DNA of 64,000 bases from a virus (Duplodnaviria > Caudoviricetes): the IMG/VR virus record IMGVR_UViG_3300005365_000022, positions 24,171 to 88,170 of that record; one strand, 5' to 3'. Positions 8,901 to 17,875 of this stretch are shown here, one piece after another (position 1 is the first letter of the stretch; the number at the start of each line of letters is the position of its first letter). Made by a program: the position numbers and the translations under genes. The notes under the pieces are model-generated. The model was not told the origin of the DNA and ran no database searches. It saw nothing but the letters and a program-made list of their open reading frames with translations.

Positions 8901-9373
8901 GGCCTGACTCCTGGCGCGGACGGGAACACGTTCCAGATCTTTGCCTCGTTGACCGCGTCGAGCCCGTTGCTCTGCAGCCAACCGAGGCCGTCGTGGTCCA
9001 GGTACCAGCGGCCGTCGTGGCTGGTGATCAGCTTCATGAAGGCCATGTCGGACAGCAGATCATCGGTGTCGCGCCGCTGCGGCGACTTCGATCCGTCGCC
9101 GATCGCCGTGCCGATCTGGTTCGCCGTCTTGGGTCCGCTGCGCAGCGCGCACAGCACGGCGATGGCCCGTGGCCTGAGGTCGCCGGCTCGGCCGCGCGCC
9201 GCCTTCTTCTTGAGCTTGTCGATCTGCTCGACGAGCCCGTCGTGCTCCCACGCCGTGCGGATGTTGCCGAGCGTGATGTCGACGACGGTCCGCAACGGCG
9301 CGTCAGGCGCGCATGCCGTGCCGAGAGCCTCGCGAATGTGCGCGAACTCGGCCAGTAGCTCGTGGTGCTTCAC
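8897..9373 (-). CDS. Hypothetical protein with C-terminal winged-HTH-like segment
   Basis: AIAVLCALRSGPKTANQIGTAIG...LLSDMAFMKLITSHDGRWYL; GGAGG RBS before GTG 9373. Confidence 0.5.
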   Translation of the reverse strand: MKHHELLAEFAHIREALGTACAPDAPLRTVVDITLGNIRTAWEHDGLVEQIDKLKKKAARGRAGDLRPRAIAVLCALRSGPKTANQIGTAIGDGSKSPQRRDTDDLLSDMAFMKLITSHDGRWYLDHDGLGWLQSNGLDAVNEAKIWNVFPSAPGVRP

Positions 9374-9576
9374 AGAACCTCCCATGTGCGGCCGTGGGCC
9401 GCTGCATTGCTGGCGATCGACGGCCACCCTGACCTACGATCCACGCGGACCTCGCAAACCCGGCGTGTGAGGGCCGCCGCGTCATCGCTGCGCCGGATGA
9501 ACTCCTCCACCGAGAGCCCGGCCTTGGCAGCCTTCGCGGCGATCATCGCCTGCCGGTACGCATCGAGCTTTGTCAC
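9370..9576 (-). CDS. Small RHH-like protein, probably leaderless (GTG)
   Basis: IAAKAAKAGLSVEEFIRR; GTG 6 nt after the TACATA hexamer of a TTGACG-N17 promoter. Confidence 0.4.
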   Translation of the reverse strand: MTKLDAYRQAMIAAKAAKAGLSVEEFIRRSDDAAALTRRVCEVRVDRRSGWPSIASNAAAHGRTWEVL

Positions 9577-9672
9577 GCTCTCTATGTAATACGTCATCAC
9601 GTTAGCGTCAACATCAGCGATTACGATTTCAACGCTTGACTCGTGAACGCTTACGAATTACGATTTAACACA
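9576..9672. promoter_or_regulatory. Divergent promoter pair with ATTACG boxes
   Basis: Leftward TTGACG-N17-TACATA; rightward TTGACT-N17-TACGAT-N7-ATG(9672); several CGTAAT/ATTACG boxes; AT-rich island. Confidence 0.7.
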
Positions 9673-10335
9673 TGAGCATCTCCAAGCGTCCCACGTTCAC
9701 CAAGTAATGGATCGCTCTCGCTGGCGCGTACGAGAGCGCCGCCAATGCCGTTCGCCGCGCAGACTACGATGACGCGATCTCGAGCGACGCGTACGCCAAG
9801 CTCGTACAGCGCGTAGAGGCCGAGCGCGATGCATGGAGGGAGGTGGTCGCTGGATCAACTGACGATGTGGTGTCCCTCGCTGATAGCTTCCTTGCCGGCG
9901 GAGAGTCTCCGCCATTGCACCCCGATACGACCGTCCGGCTGGCCAGAGCGGTCATCAAGCTGCGGTCCGAGATCGATGCCGTCGATGCGGCGCTGGATAT
10001 GGGTGGCATCGAGCGCGCGTTCGACCGCTATCAGAAACGACCGGCCACGCGGTTACAGCGGATCGACCACGCGATCGCTACGCGCTCCGCATTGCGCGCC
10101 GAGTTGGACGACGCCCGCGATAGGATCGAGGAACTCGAGGGCGAGACCGAAGTGCTGAGCGTTGCGCGCGACGCGGCGACCAGCAATGCCGAGCACTACG
10201 AAACGCGAACTGGTCGACCTGCGCCGCCGGTTCGACGACCTCCAGCGGGACCGCGATCGGCTGCAGGAAGACATCGACACGAGAGATCGCAAGATCCGCG
10301 ACGTCGAGCGCGAGCTTCAGCGCGCCCGCTACTGA
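9672..10335 (+). pseudogene. Coiled-coil protein pseudogene (in-frame TAA at 9705, frameshift near 10203)
   Basis: MSISKRPTFTK*WIALAGAY... is in frame with track ORF 9843; after HYE another frame continues ELVDLRRRFDDLQRDRDRLQEDID...ARY* to TGA 10333-10335. Confidence 0.65.
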
Positions 10336-10866
10336 TCAGGAGCCGGATCCAGCCGGTGGCGGGCTCGCGATCGCCTGCAGCGCGGTGGCGGCGGCGTCGA
10401 TCTTCCCGTTCGACGTGTCGATCTCGTTGCTCTGCGCCGTGAGCGTGTCCGACGCGGCACCGATCGCTCTGACCGCAGCCGAGGTGCGGCCATCGATGGC
10501 GGCCAGCGTGTCGAACACCGATTGCGGGATCTGTCCCTGCCCGCCGAGCTGGTCGCGGAGCTGCTGCACCAGCGTGCCGACGCCGCCGATCTGCTGGGCG
10601 ACGCCGTCGAGCTTGGTCGACTCGGCGTCGAGCTTACCCTGGACCGTGGCCAGCGAGGCGGTCTCGGTGGCGAGCCCTGCGGCGATGTTGGTGGTGTCGG
10701 TGTCGATCTTCGCGAGCGCGGCCTGGAGATCTTGCACGGTGTTCATGAGAATCAGCTCCTGAGCGAGAGTTTCACGGACGTCGTGGGCGATGCCCGCCTG
10801 TCCGGTCGCGAGCGCGTCGACCTTCCTGGTCAACGCGTCGAAGGCGGCCTTTACATCTGCGTCCAT
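10336..10866 (-). CDS. Heptad-repeat coiled-coil protein
   Basis: 176 aa with L/I/V every 3-4 residues throughout. Confidence 0.6.
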   Translation of the reverse strand: MDADVKAAFDALTRKVDALATGQAGIAHDVRETLAQELILMNTVQDLQAALAKIDTDTTNIAAGLATETASLATVQGKLDAESTKLDGVAQQIGGVGTLVQQLRDQLGGQGQIPQSVFDTLAAIDGRTSAAVRAIGAASDTLTAQSNEIDTSNGKIDAAATALQAIASPPPAGSGS

Positions 10867-10900
10867 GGCGGGAAACCCTGCCCGAGCGCCGCGCTCAGCG

Positions 10901-11104
10901 CTACCTGTCGGCGCCGCTTTCGTCGTCGGCGATGACGCGCACGCGCAGCGACGCCAGCCGACCGGCGATCCGGATCAGCCACGCCGCGATCCGTCGCCGC
11001 CATCGCGCCGGGCGCGGCGTGCGAGAGAACCTGACCTCTAGCTCTCCGCGGGGCCCGGCGATCGGCACGCACATCACTTGGACCAGGACGTCCCTCATGG
11101 TCAT
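10901..11104 (-). CDS. Small basic hypothetical protein
   Basis: ATG 11104 overlaps TGA 11101. Confidence 0.4.
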   Translation of the reverse strand: MTMRDVLVQVMCVPIAGPRGELEVRFSRTPRPARWRRRIAAWLIRIAGRLASLRVRVIADDESGADR

Positions 11105-11463
11105 GAGTTGACCACGGGACCGACGCCAACCAGGCCGAGCCCGGCGGTGTTCAGGATCTGGTTGGCCCGTTCCAACGAGACGTCGCTGAAGCCGACGACC
11201 AGGCCAGCATCCTCGGCGCGCTTCCAGCAAATGTCCTGGCACTCCTGAGAGCAGTAGGAGTCCATGTACGGTCGCCCATCCCGTCGTAGGAACGGCTCGC
11301 CGCTCGCCAGTGGTAGTCGATTGGGGCGCGCCGGACCGCCGCACTGGCGGCACTTGCCGTAGCAGGCGCCCGGCCACTTGCAGTCCGAGCATCCGCACGT
11401 CTCGCACTCGAGGATGTCGCAGGCTGCATCCCCGCAGTGACACGGCCGCATTCCGGGCGTCAC
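11101..11463 (-). CDS. Cys-rich zinc-binding hypothetical protein
   Basis: Multiple CxxC motifs, CRQC...YCSQEC. Confidence 0.5.
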   Translation of the reverse strand: MTPGMRPCHCGDAACDILECETCGCSDCKWPGACYGKCRQCGGPARPNRLPLASGEPFLRRDGRPYMDSYCSQECQDICWKRAEDAGLVVGFSDVSLERANQILNTAGLGLVGVGPVVNS

Positions 11464-11472
11464 GATCCAACC

Positions 11473-13188
11473 TTAACCGGGTTTTGGTAGCGCCGCGTGA
11501 CCGGCGCTCGGCGGCAGATGTCCTGGCGGCGCAGCCCCCGCGCCGCCAGGCGCCGGTGATGGCTTTCCGGCACTGAGGAGCGCCTCGGTGAGCGCGTCAT
11601 CGGCGGCGCCGCCCTCGGCCTGCAGGCGCTTGAGCGCCGCGGCTGGGTCGTCGATCCCGAAGAAGGGCGCCACGTATTCCACGGCGCTCTGCTGGTCGAT
11701 CACGCGAGCGGAGCGCGCCGAGGCGATCGCCGTGGCCGCGGCCGTGGCGTCGGTGGGCCCGCGCTTGATCCACTCCGGCCACGCCAGCTCGACTAAGTCG
11801 TCGGAGAACGCGGCGAGCCAGGCCGGCATGTCGCGCGCGACCGGCGACTGCCCGGCTCGCTGGGCCGGGGGCAGCACGGTCATCGGGACCGCGGCGAGCC
11901 CTGTTGTCGGATCGAGCGCGGGCGAGCGGCGCAGCGCGAGGAACGCGCGGACGATCTTCGCGATGAGCGGCTTGGCGCCGTTCTCGCCGTACTGCTCGCG
12001 GAAGATGTCGCCCCGCTCGTGCATCGGAGAGTACCGGCGCTCCACTTCGGTCGCCGTCATCGTCCCCTCGCTGAGCTCGCTGTCGAGCACGACCTGGACG
12101 ACCTCGAGCGCGTTCCGCCGGTGCACGTCGGCGACCTTCAGCGCGGCCTCGACCCCGGAACCGGTCATCTCGACGTACTGCGCCGATCCCCCCTTCTCGG
12201 CCTTGAGAGCGTTGCGGGAGCCCTTCTTCACTGAGTCCTGCTTCCATTCGTCGCTGAAGATCCCAAGCGTCGGGTCGGCGTTCTCGACCGCGCCCTGGTC
12301 GGCCTGCGAGAGCAGCCGGTCGATCGCCTCCTGCGCCTCGAAGATCCCGAGGCAGTCGGGGTCGCCGTCGACGTCATCGGTCGGCGTGTTGCGGATCCAG
12401 ACCGCGGGGCACTCACCGAACCCGTGGGGCCCGCCCGTTGCCGGCGTCCAGCTCGGTTCGTCGCCATCGCCCACGAGCTCGGCGCGGTACACGATATCCT
12501 GCTGCGCGTCGATCGTCCGCCGGTACCAGTACCAGACCTGCTCCATCACGCCGTCGGGACGCCGCTGCTCGCGGGGGTACTGGTAGCGGATCTCGAGCGC
12601 CGAGATCTCCCCGGTCTCCGGGTCGATGAACTCCGGGGTGCACCACCGGGCATCGTGCACCGAGATCAGCGGCTTGCCGCCGCGGAACCTGAACGACATC
12701 GCAACCGACCCGATGGCGCCGCCGAGCGTGCGCGCGTTTGCCATCTTGATCCACAGCCGGCCCGCGCTGATCAGCCCCTCCACCCACGACTGCAGATCGG
12801 GGTCCCCGGCGACGCGGGCCTGGGGGTGCATTTTCGAGCTGAACAGCAGCCCGGTGAACCGGTTCACGACGCTGCGGGTGAGGTGATACGGCGCCCGCGG
12901 CATCCGCAGGTCAAGCGGCATCTCGTCGTACATGCCGGACGGGTCCCAGAACCCCATCGGCAGCACCGTCGAGCGAGCTATCGTCTCCCGCTCGATCGGC
13001 GACAACACCTTCCTGCCCGACCAGTCGACGGTGCGCGAATCGTACTGCGTGCAGCAGTAGAAGCTGTAGTACCGGTTGAGCTCCAGCTGCCGCGGCGACA
13101 TCCCCATGCGGGCGATCCGCGCCTGCTGGATGTCATGCATCACCATCCCGCCGGCGTAGGCGGTCAGGGGGCTGTAGGTCGGCGCCAC
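11473..13188 (-). CDS. Phage portal protein
   Basis: 571 aa directly downstream of TerL; HGFGECPAVWIRN, S..G.AL(K) and SQQSA(V)-like portal patterns. Confidence 0.8.
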   Translation of the reverse strand: MAPTYSPLTAYAGGMVMHDIQQARIARMGMSPRQLELNRYYSFYCCTQYDSRTVDWSGRKVLSPIERETIARSTVLPMGFWDPSGMYDEMPLDLRMPRAPYHLTRSVVNRFTGLLFSSKMHPQARVAGDPDLQSWVEGLISAGRLWIKMANARTLGGAIGSVAMSFRFRGGKPLISVHDARWCTPEFIDPETGEISALEIRYQYPREQRRPDGVMEQVWYWYRRTIDAQQDIVYRAELVGDGDEPSWTPATGGPHGFGECPAVWIRNTPTDDVDGDPDCLGIFEAQEAIDRLLSQADQGAVENADPTLGIFSDEWKQDSVKKGSRNALKAEKGGSAQYVEMTGSGVEAALKVADVHRRNALEVVQVVLDSELSEGTMTATEVERRYSPMHERGDIFREQYGENGAKPLIAKIVRAFLALRRSPALDPTTGLAAVPMTVLPPAQRAGQSPVARDMPAWLAAFSDDLVELAWPEWIKRGPTDATAAATAIASARSARVIDQQSAVEYVAPFFGIDDPAAALKRLQAEGGAADDALTEALLSAGKPSPAPGGAGAAPPGHLPPSAGHAALPKPG

Positions 13189-13227
13189 GGTGCGCAGGAT
13201 CGCGGACCGGCGCGTCGGCGGGCAACG

Positions 13228-13461
13228 TCAGCGCGTCCTGGTTGGATCTGGCGGCCGAATCCCGACAATCCGCTTGCCCTTGTTGGCGGCGACCACGAGC
13301 TGGTCGAGCTCCTGATCGAGGATCCACCGAATCCTCGCCTCGCCATCCGGAACCGGATCGCCGTTTACGATCGGCACCTGGTGCGTAGCGCAGGCGGACA
13401 CGATGACGTCGCCGTATTCCTCGCTGCGCTCCCAGACGCATCCGCAGGTCGTGGTGCTCAC
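13228..13461 (-). CDS. Hypothetical protein
   Basis: 77 aa, overlaps the TerL stop (GTGA). Confidence 0.45.
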   Translation of the reverse strand: MSTTTCGCVWERSEEYGDVIVSACATHQVPIVNGDPVPDGEARIRWILDQELDQLVVAANKGKRIVGIRPPDPTRTR

Positions 13462-16130
13462 GTTCGCCTCTTTCGCTTCTGGTAGCCGGCGCCGCTCGTC
13501 GCGAATCGTGCACCTTCGCGGGCCAGCCAGCAGTTGTGGACTGCGATCCCCTCAGCCACGTACGACTCGTCCTCCTCCACGTGGAGATTGAAGACCTGAC
13601 CGGTGTACGGGTGGCTCCTGATGCTGGATAGCCGCACTGCCACCCCTCCGACCTGGGGGATCGAGCAGGAGTTGGTGCGCGTCCTCAGCGGCGCCCATCT
13701 GTCTCCCCAGCGTTGTAGTTCTTCCGGTCGCGCATCGAGTAGCAGTTCGGTCGAGTCCGTAGCTGACAGCGCGAGCTCCTGCGCCGGCTTGTGACCGCAA
13801 GGGATGCCCTGGAACGTTCCTGTTTGATCGAATGGCTGCACCGACGTGCCAAGCCCGAGACGCCACAGGAATTGTTGCATCTGGTATATCAGCGAGCGCG
13901 AGATGCTGACGCCTCGAAGGCGAGGCGTTCCATCCCGATAGCCAAGACAGCCATCACCGACGAACCATCCGCGCACAATCTGTGACCCGGTTAGCGCGGG
14001 CAACGCCATCCACCCCCATGGCAGCGCCTTGTGTTCCTTCTTGCCAAACGGCCTGAACTCGTTGGCCGCGCGCTTCGATTGCACGCTGACGGTCATCCCG
14101 CCGTGGCCGGCCCGCGTGTAGATGCTCGTCTTGGCCCCCCAACGCTTCATTGCATGATCCCGGACGAAGTCGGCCAGGTAGGTCTCTTTCCGGTGAAACG
14201 CGAAGTTCAATTGGTGATCTCCGGCCCAGCCTTCCGCGAGATATAGCCCGGCCAGAAATGCATAGTCGTCGTCTACTGTCGGGGCGATCCATGGCCACGG
14301 TGACACTGGAGCAAGGACAAAGTCGCCTGCCATCTTCCGTCCGGCGCGCAGATCTTCTGCGGGGACAAAGTCCCACGAGGCGCGATCGGGGACGAGTCTA
14401 TTGGTTCTCTCACGCGTCGTCATTCGCGGCAGCGCGCGGTACACCGGATGTTCTCCGGTGACCTGGAGCGTCCGCATGCCCTTAGGCTTGACCTCGAAGA
14501 CGTCGCCCTCGTAGGGCCGCGACATCGTCTGGCTGACCGGACGCCAGCGCCCGCGGTGCGTCAGCACCTGATCGCCGATAACGACGTTCTCGATCGGAAC
14601 CAGACCACGCGCCGTGGTGATCAATTGCCCAGGGGTCAAACAGGCGATGAGCCGATCCCCGGTGTGGCTCTTGGGGTCGTACCGCAGCATCTCACCGATC
14701 AGCGCCCTGACCTCCGGGTGCATGTCTGCCATGATTCCCTTGGTCTCCCCGCCGCGGTTCGGGATAACCCACTTACCGGCGCTGAACTCGATCGCGAGAG
14801 ACTCGATACCGAAGCTCGGGTCGTACTTGTTCTTCCCGGTGTAGAATGCGCGCGTCGGTACAGCGCTCTTCTCATTGACAAACTGCCGGATAAAAAGCTG
14901 GGCTCCGTTGCTCTCTACGATTACCTGTGAGTTGTAGCGGCGGTTCGCGTCAATGATTCGATCGACGAGCTCGGGGCCAGGCCAGCGCCCGGACTCCACG
15001 TCCAACAGCGATCGCACGCCGTCCTTCTCGCGCACGGCGATCGTCACGATCGCGGATAGGTCGGTGCGCTTCTTCCGATGCCGCTTGAGCTCGGCCGCCG
15101 CGATGTCAACGCCGGTCACCGTGCGCCAGCCTGGCGGGACCGCAGCGAGCGAGTACGCCAGATCGACGCCGTCGCCGTTGGCCAGCGCCTTGTTGATGTA
15201 CGCCTCCTTGAAGCGCCGATCGGCGTCAGCGACCGGATCGCAGAACATCGAGCGCCGGCTCTCGATCGGTCCGCGGTTCTCGATCTCGGCCTCGATGCGC
15301 TCCTCGGGCCACATCTCGGGCCAGGCGAGATTCCCCGCGGCGTCGCGCACCGGGAACTTCTTCGAGAACGTGCGCCGCTCGGAGGCGTAGCGGTGCATGG
15401 CGTCGTCTGGGTGCCAAGCGTTGCCGACGAACCAGATCCGGCCGCGCGTCGTCCGCCGGCCCTCGATGGTGCTCTTGAGCCAGCCGTAGTACTTATCGCG
15501 CTGCTCCTCAGTGTGCGTGTTCTCCGCCGTGAGGTAGTCGTCGACGATGATCAGGTCGTAGCGGCCACCGAGCACGTTGCCGCCGAATCCGCACGCCTGG
15601 ACCGTCGGGTCTTTCGCGCCGATCGAAGAGCGCTTGACGATGAATGCCTCGTTGGTCCACAGCCCGCTGCTGTCGCTCTTGTCGGGCTGGATCCCGGGGA
15701 ACACCAGCCGGAACTCGACGCTGCGCTCGATGTAGCCCTTGAGCGACCGGACGATCTTCCGCGCCGGCCCCGCGGCGCTCGACAGGATCAGGATCCGGAT
15801 GTTGGGGTTCTTGCCGATCTCCCAAAGCACGCGGCCTACCGACACCTCCGAGGTCTTCGCGAGCTCGGTCGCCGACCACAGCACCACGCGATCGTGCTCG
15901 GTGAGGATGTCGTGCCACTCCTCGTGGATCGTCGCGAGCCGCACCGGCTCGTTGGTGTCCTCGGTGCGCAGCACGCTCTGGCAGAACACCGCGGGGTCCC
16001 GCTGGGCGGTCTCGGCGAGCCGCGCCAGCGCCGGCCCGAGCTGCTGAGCCTCGTCGATCAGCCGGCGGTGATCGCGTCGATCAGTTCGCGTCACCGGGCT
16101 CCACGCCGAGTTCGGGCTCTGCGTCTTCAT
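13458..16130 (-). CDS. terL: Terminase large subunit containing an intein
   Basis: ATPase half (LAKTS, Walker B LIIVDD, GNAWHPDD); RNaseH-like nuclease (TGVDIA, VESNGAQ, HTGDRLIA/CW); intein at residues 497-866. Confidence 0.9.
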   Translation of the reverse strand: MKTQSPNSAWSPVTRTDRRDHRRLIDEAQQLGPALARLAETAQRDPAVFCQSVLRTEDTNEPVRLATIHEEWHDILTEHDRVVLWSATELAKTSEVSVGRVLWEIGKNPNIRILILSSAAGPARKIVRSLKGYIERSVEFRLVFPGIQPDKSDSSGLWTNEAFIVKRSSIGAKDPTVQACGFGGNVLGGRYDLIIVDDYLTAENTHTEEQRDKYYGWLKSTIEGRRTTRGRIWFVGNAWHPDDAMHRYASERRTFSKKFPVRDAAGNLAWPEMWPEERIEAEIENRGPIESRRSMFCDPVADADRRFKEAYINKALANGDGVDLAYSLAAVPPGWRTVTGVDIAAAELKRHRKKRTDLSAIVTIAVREKDGVRSLLDVESGRWPGPELVDRIIDANRRYNSQVIVESNGAQLFIRQFVNEKSAVPTRAFYTGKNKYDPSFGIESLAIEFSAGKWVIPNRGGETKGIMADMHPEVRALIGEMLRYDPKSHTGDRLIACLTPGQLITTARGLVPIENVVIGDQVLTHRGRWRPVSQTMSRPYEGDVFEVKPKGMRTLQVTGEHPVYRALPRMTTRERTNRLVPDRASWDFVPAEDLRAGRKMAGDFVLAPVSPWPWIAPTVDDDYAFLAGLYLAEGWAGDHQLNFAFHRKETYLADFVRDHAMKRWGAKTSIYTRAGHGGMTVSVQSKRAANEFRPFGKKEHKALPWGWMALPALTGSQIVRGWFVGDGCLGYRDGTPRLRGVSISRSLIYQMQQFLWRLGLGTSVQPFDQTGTFQGIPCGHKPAQELALSATDSTELLLDARPEELQRWGDRWAPLRTRTNSCSIPQVGGVAVRLSSIRSHPYTGQVFNLHVEEDESYVAEGIAVHNCWLAREGARFATSGAGYQKRKRRT
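13533..14642 (-). mobile_element. Intein (370 aa) with LAGLIDADG homing endonuclease
   Basis: Block A CLTPGQLITTARG; block B VTGEHP; LAGLYLAEG and RGWFVGDG dodecapeptides; VFNLHV..ESYVAEGIAVHN followed by Cys+1. Confidence 0.92.
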
Positions 16131-16740
16131 CGTCTTCGACGTCCGACGAGGTCGCGTCGATCACCGGCGGCGGCTGCGGGGCCGACGTGAGCGCCCCGCG
16201 GCGCACGGCCATATCGGCGAGCGCGGCGGCGTGCTGGATGAGCCGCAGCGCCTCCTCTGGAGTCGCGACGGTCGAGCTCGCCGGCAGCAACGTACTCGCG
16301 TCGAACGCGTAGGCCCCATCGATGCGCGCGATCTTGTCGAGCGCGGCCACGCCGGCGGTCAGGAATCCGGCCGCCTTGGCCGTGAGCTTGGGGTCGTAGG
16401 ACAGCTCGAGCGCGCGCCGCGCGAACAACGTGAGCATCCCGCGGGTGCGCGCCTGCTTGCGAGACTTCGGCGCCGTGACCTCGCCGTCGATGCGCTCCAG
16501 CGCCTTCTCGAGGATGATTCGAGCGCCCGCCCGGTTGGTCTTCCAGTCCTTGTCGGGGGTCTCCGTCATCATCCACCCGACGACCTGGGCCGGCGTGTAT
16601 CCGCGATCGAGCATGTCGCGGGCGCCCTCGACACGCTGCTCTGGCGTGCTCTTGGGGCGCGGCGCCGGCTTCGCGCTGACCTCGGCCGGCTGCGGCGCAG
16701 GCATGTCTGGCTGCGCGGGCTTGGGATCCCCTTCCGCCAC
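16081..16740 (-). CDS. Probable terminase small subunit
   Basis: Immediately upstream of and overlapping TerL; HTH-like N-half, helical middle, acidic tail. Confidence 0.55.
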   Translation of the reverse strand: MAEGDPKPAQPDMPAPQPAEVSAKPAPRPKSTPEQRVEGARDMLDRGYTPAQVVGWMMTETPDKDWKTNRAGARIILEKALERIDGEVTAPKSRKQARTRGMLTLFARRALELSYDPKLTAKAAGFLTAGVAALDKIARIDGAYAFDASTLLPASSTVATPEEALRLIQHAAALADMAVRRGALTSAPQPPPVIDATSSDVEDDEDAEPELGVEPGDAN

Positions 16741-16743
16741 CGG

Positions 16744-17286
16744 CTACACCGCCGACGAGTGCCCGAGCCCGGTCACGACGTCGAGCGCCGACAGCTTGGC
16801 GAGCCGCGCGTGCTCGATGACTAGCCACCGCAGGGGGTCGGAGCCGGCGATCTGCAGAGTGATCCGCGCCTGGCGCTCGCGAGCGTCGATCTCGACCACG
16901 CCGGCCAGCGCCGACCCGGCCACGAAACGGCGCACGGTGCCGATGATCCTTACCCCGTATCGCGCGGCCTCCTCGCGAGAGATCTTCTCCTGCTTGTCGC
17001 GGTAGATCTCGCCGTGCAGGGCCAGTACGCAGCCGGCAGGCACGGCACGCCGCTGGACTTCGTCGGCGATTCGCAGCTGCGCGAAGGTCGCGAACATCGC
17101 GAGGTGCCGGTCGCAGATCTGGAGCCCGTCCTTCCACGCCCGCTGCGACACGACGACCAGCTCGGCGCACGCCTCGCCGATGTCGCTGACCGCCCACCAG
17201 CGCGCCCCCAGCGCTCGCTGCATTAGCTCGACCAGGCCGCCGTCGCGGAATGGGTGGCGCTCGCACGCCGGGCAGATGCTCACCAA
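16744..17286 (-). CDS. Hypothetical protein
   Basis: 180 aa ORF in the packaging operon; CPAC and C-x-H motifs. Confidence 0.5.
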   Translation of the reverse strand: MVSICPACERHPFRDGGLVELMQRALGARWWAVSDIGEACAELVVVSQRAWKDGLQICDRHLAMFATFAQLRIADEVQRRAVPAGCVLALHGEIYRDKQEKISREEAARYGVRIIGTVRRFVAGSALAGVVEIDARERQARITLQIAGSDPLRWLVIEHARLAKLSALDVVTGLGHSSAV

Positions 17287-17315
17287 ACCAGGATAACACG
17301 CCCTCAGCGGTCAAA

Positions 17316-17702
17316 TCATAGGTCGTCAGCCGTGAGCTCCCCAGGCGGGCGCCACCCGCGGCCACGCAGCGCCCCGCTCGCGATCCACTCGACGAGGGGC
17401 GGCAGGTCCAGCGCCAGCGTGCCGATCGGGTACCGCGGGTCGAGCACCGGGTAGAGCTGCACCGGCGGGTCTCCGAGGTCTGCGGCGTCGCGGATCCCGA
17501 AGTACGATAGGTGGCCGGCGCGCGCCATGCCCGCGAGGATCTCCGCGACCGCGACCTCGCGCCCGGCAACCAGATCCGGCGTGACCGGTCGGCCGGCGCG
17601 CTCGCGCACCGCGTGGACAGCAACCCACTGCAGCAGGACGCCAAGGCAATGCCGCTCTCCCCGCTGCCGCTCCCGGATGGCCTTCTGCGCCGCGAGCTTC
17701 AT
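17316..17702 (-). CDS. Hypothetical protein
   Basis: 128 aa; preceded by a 42 aa ATGA-coupled ORF (17700-17828). Confidence 0.45.
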   Translation of the reverse strand: MKLAAQKAIRERQRGERHCLGVLLQWVAVHAVRERAGRPVTPDLVAGREVAVAEILAGMARAGHLSYFGIRDAADLGDPPVQLYPVLDPRYPIGTLALDLPPLVEWIASGALRGRGWRPPGELTADDL

Positions 17703-17827
17703 CTCAAAAGGACCCCTCTTACCACCAGCGCAGTCCGCTCACGCTCGGCGATCTCCGAGGGCTGTTCGACATTACATGGGTCATGTGTTGACTGGTCGAA
17801 CTGCCGAGGGGCTCGGACGTTACCCAT

Positions 17828-17870
17828 GCCGGGTAGGATTACCGTAATACGCAATCCACCAGGCGTCAAG
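17828..17870 (-). promoter_or_regulatory. Repeated promoter/operator copy upstream of the packaging operon
   Basis: TTGACG-N17-TACGGT with GCGTATTACG box. Confidence 0.65.
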
Positions 17871-17875
17871 CTATC

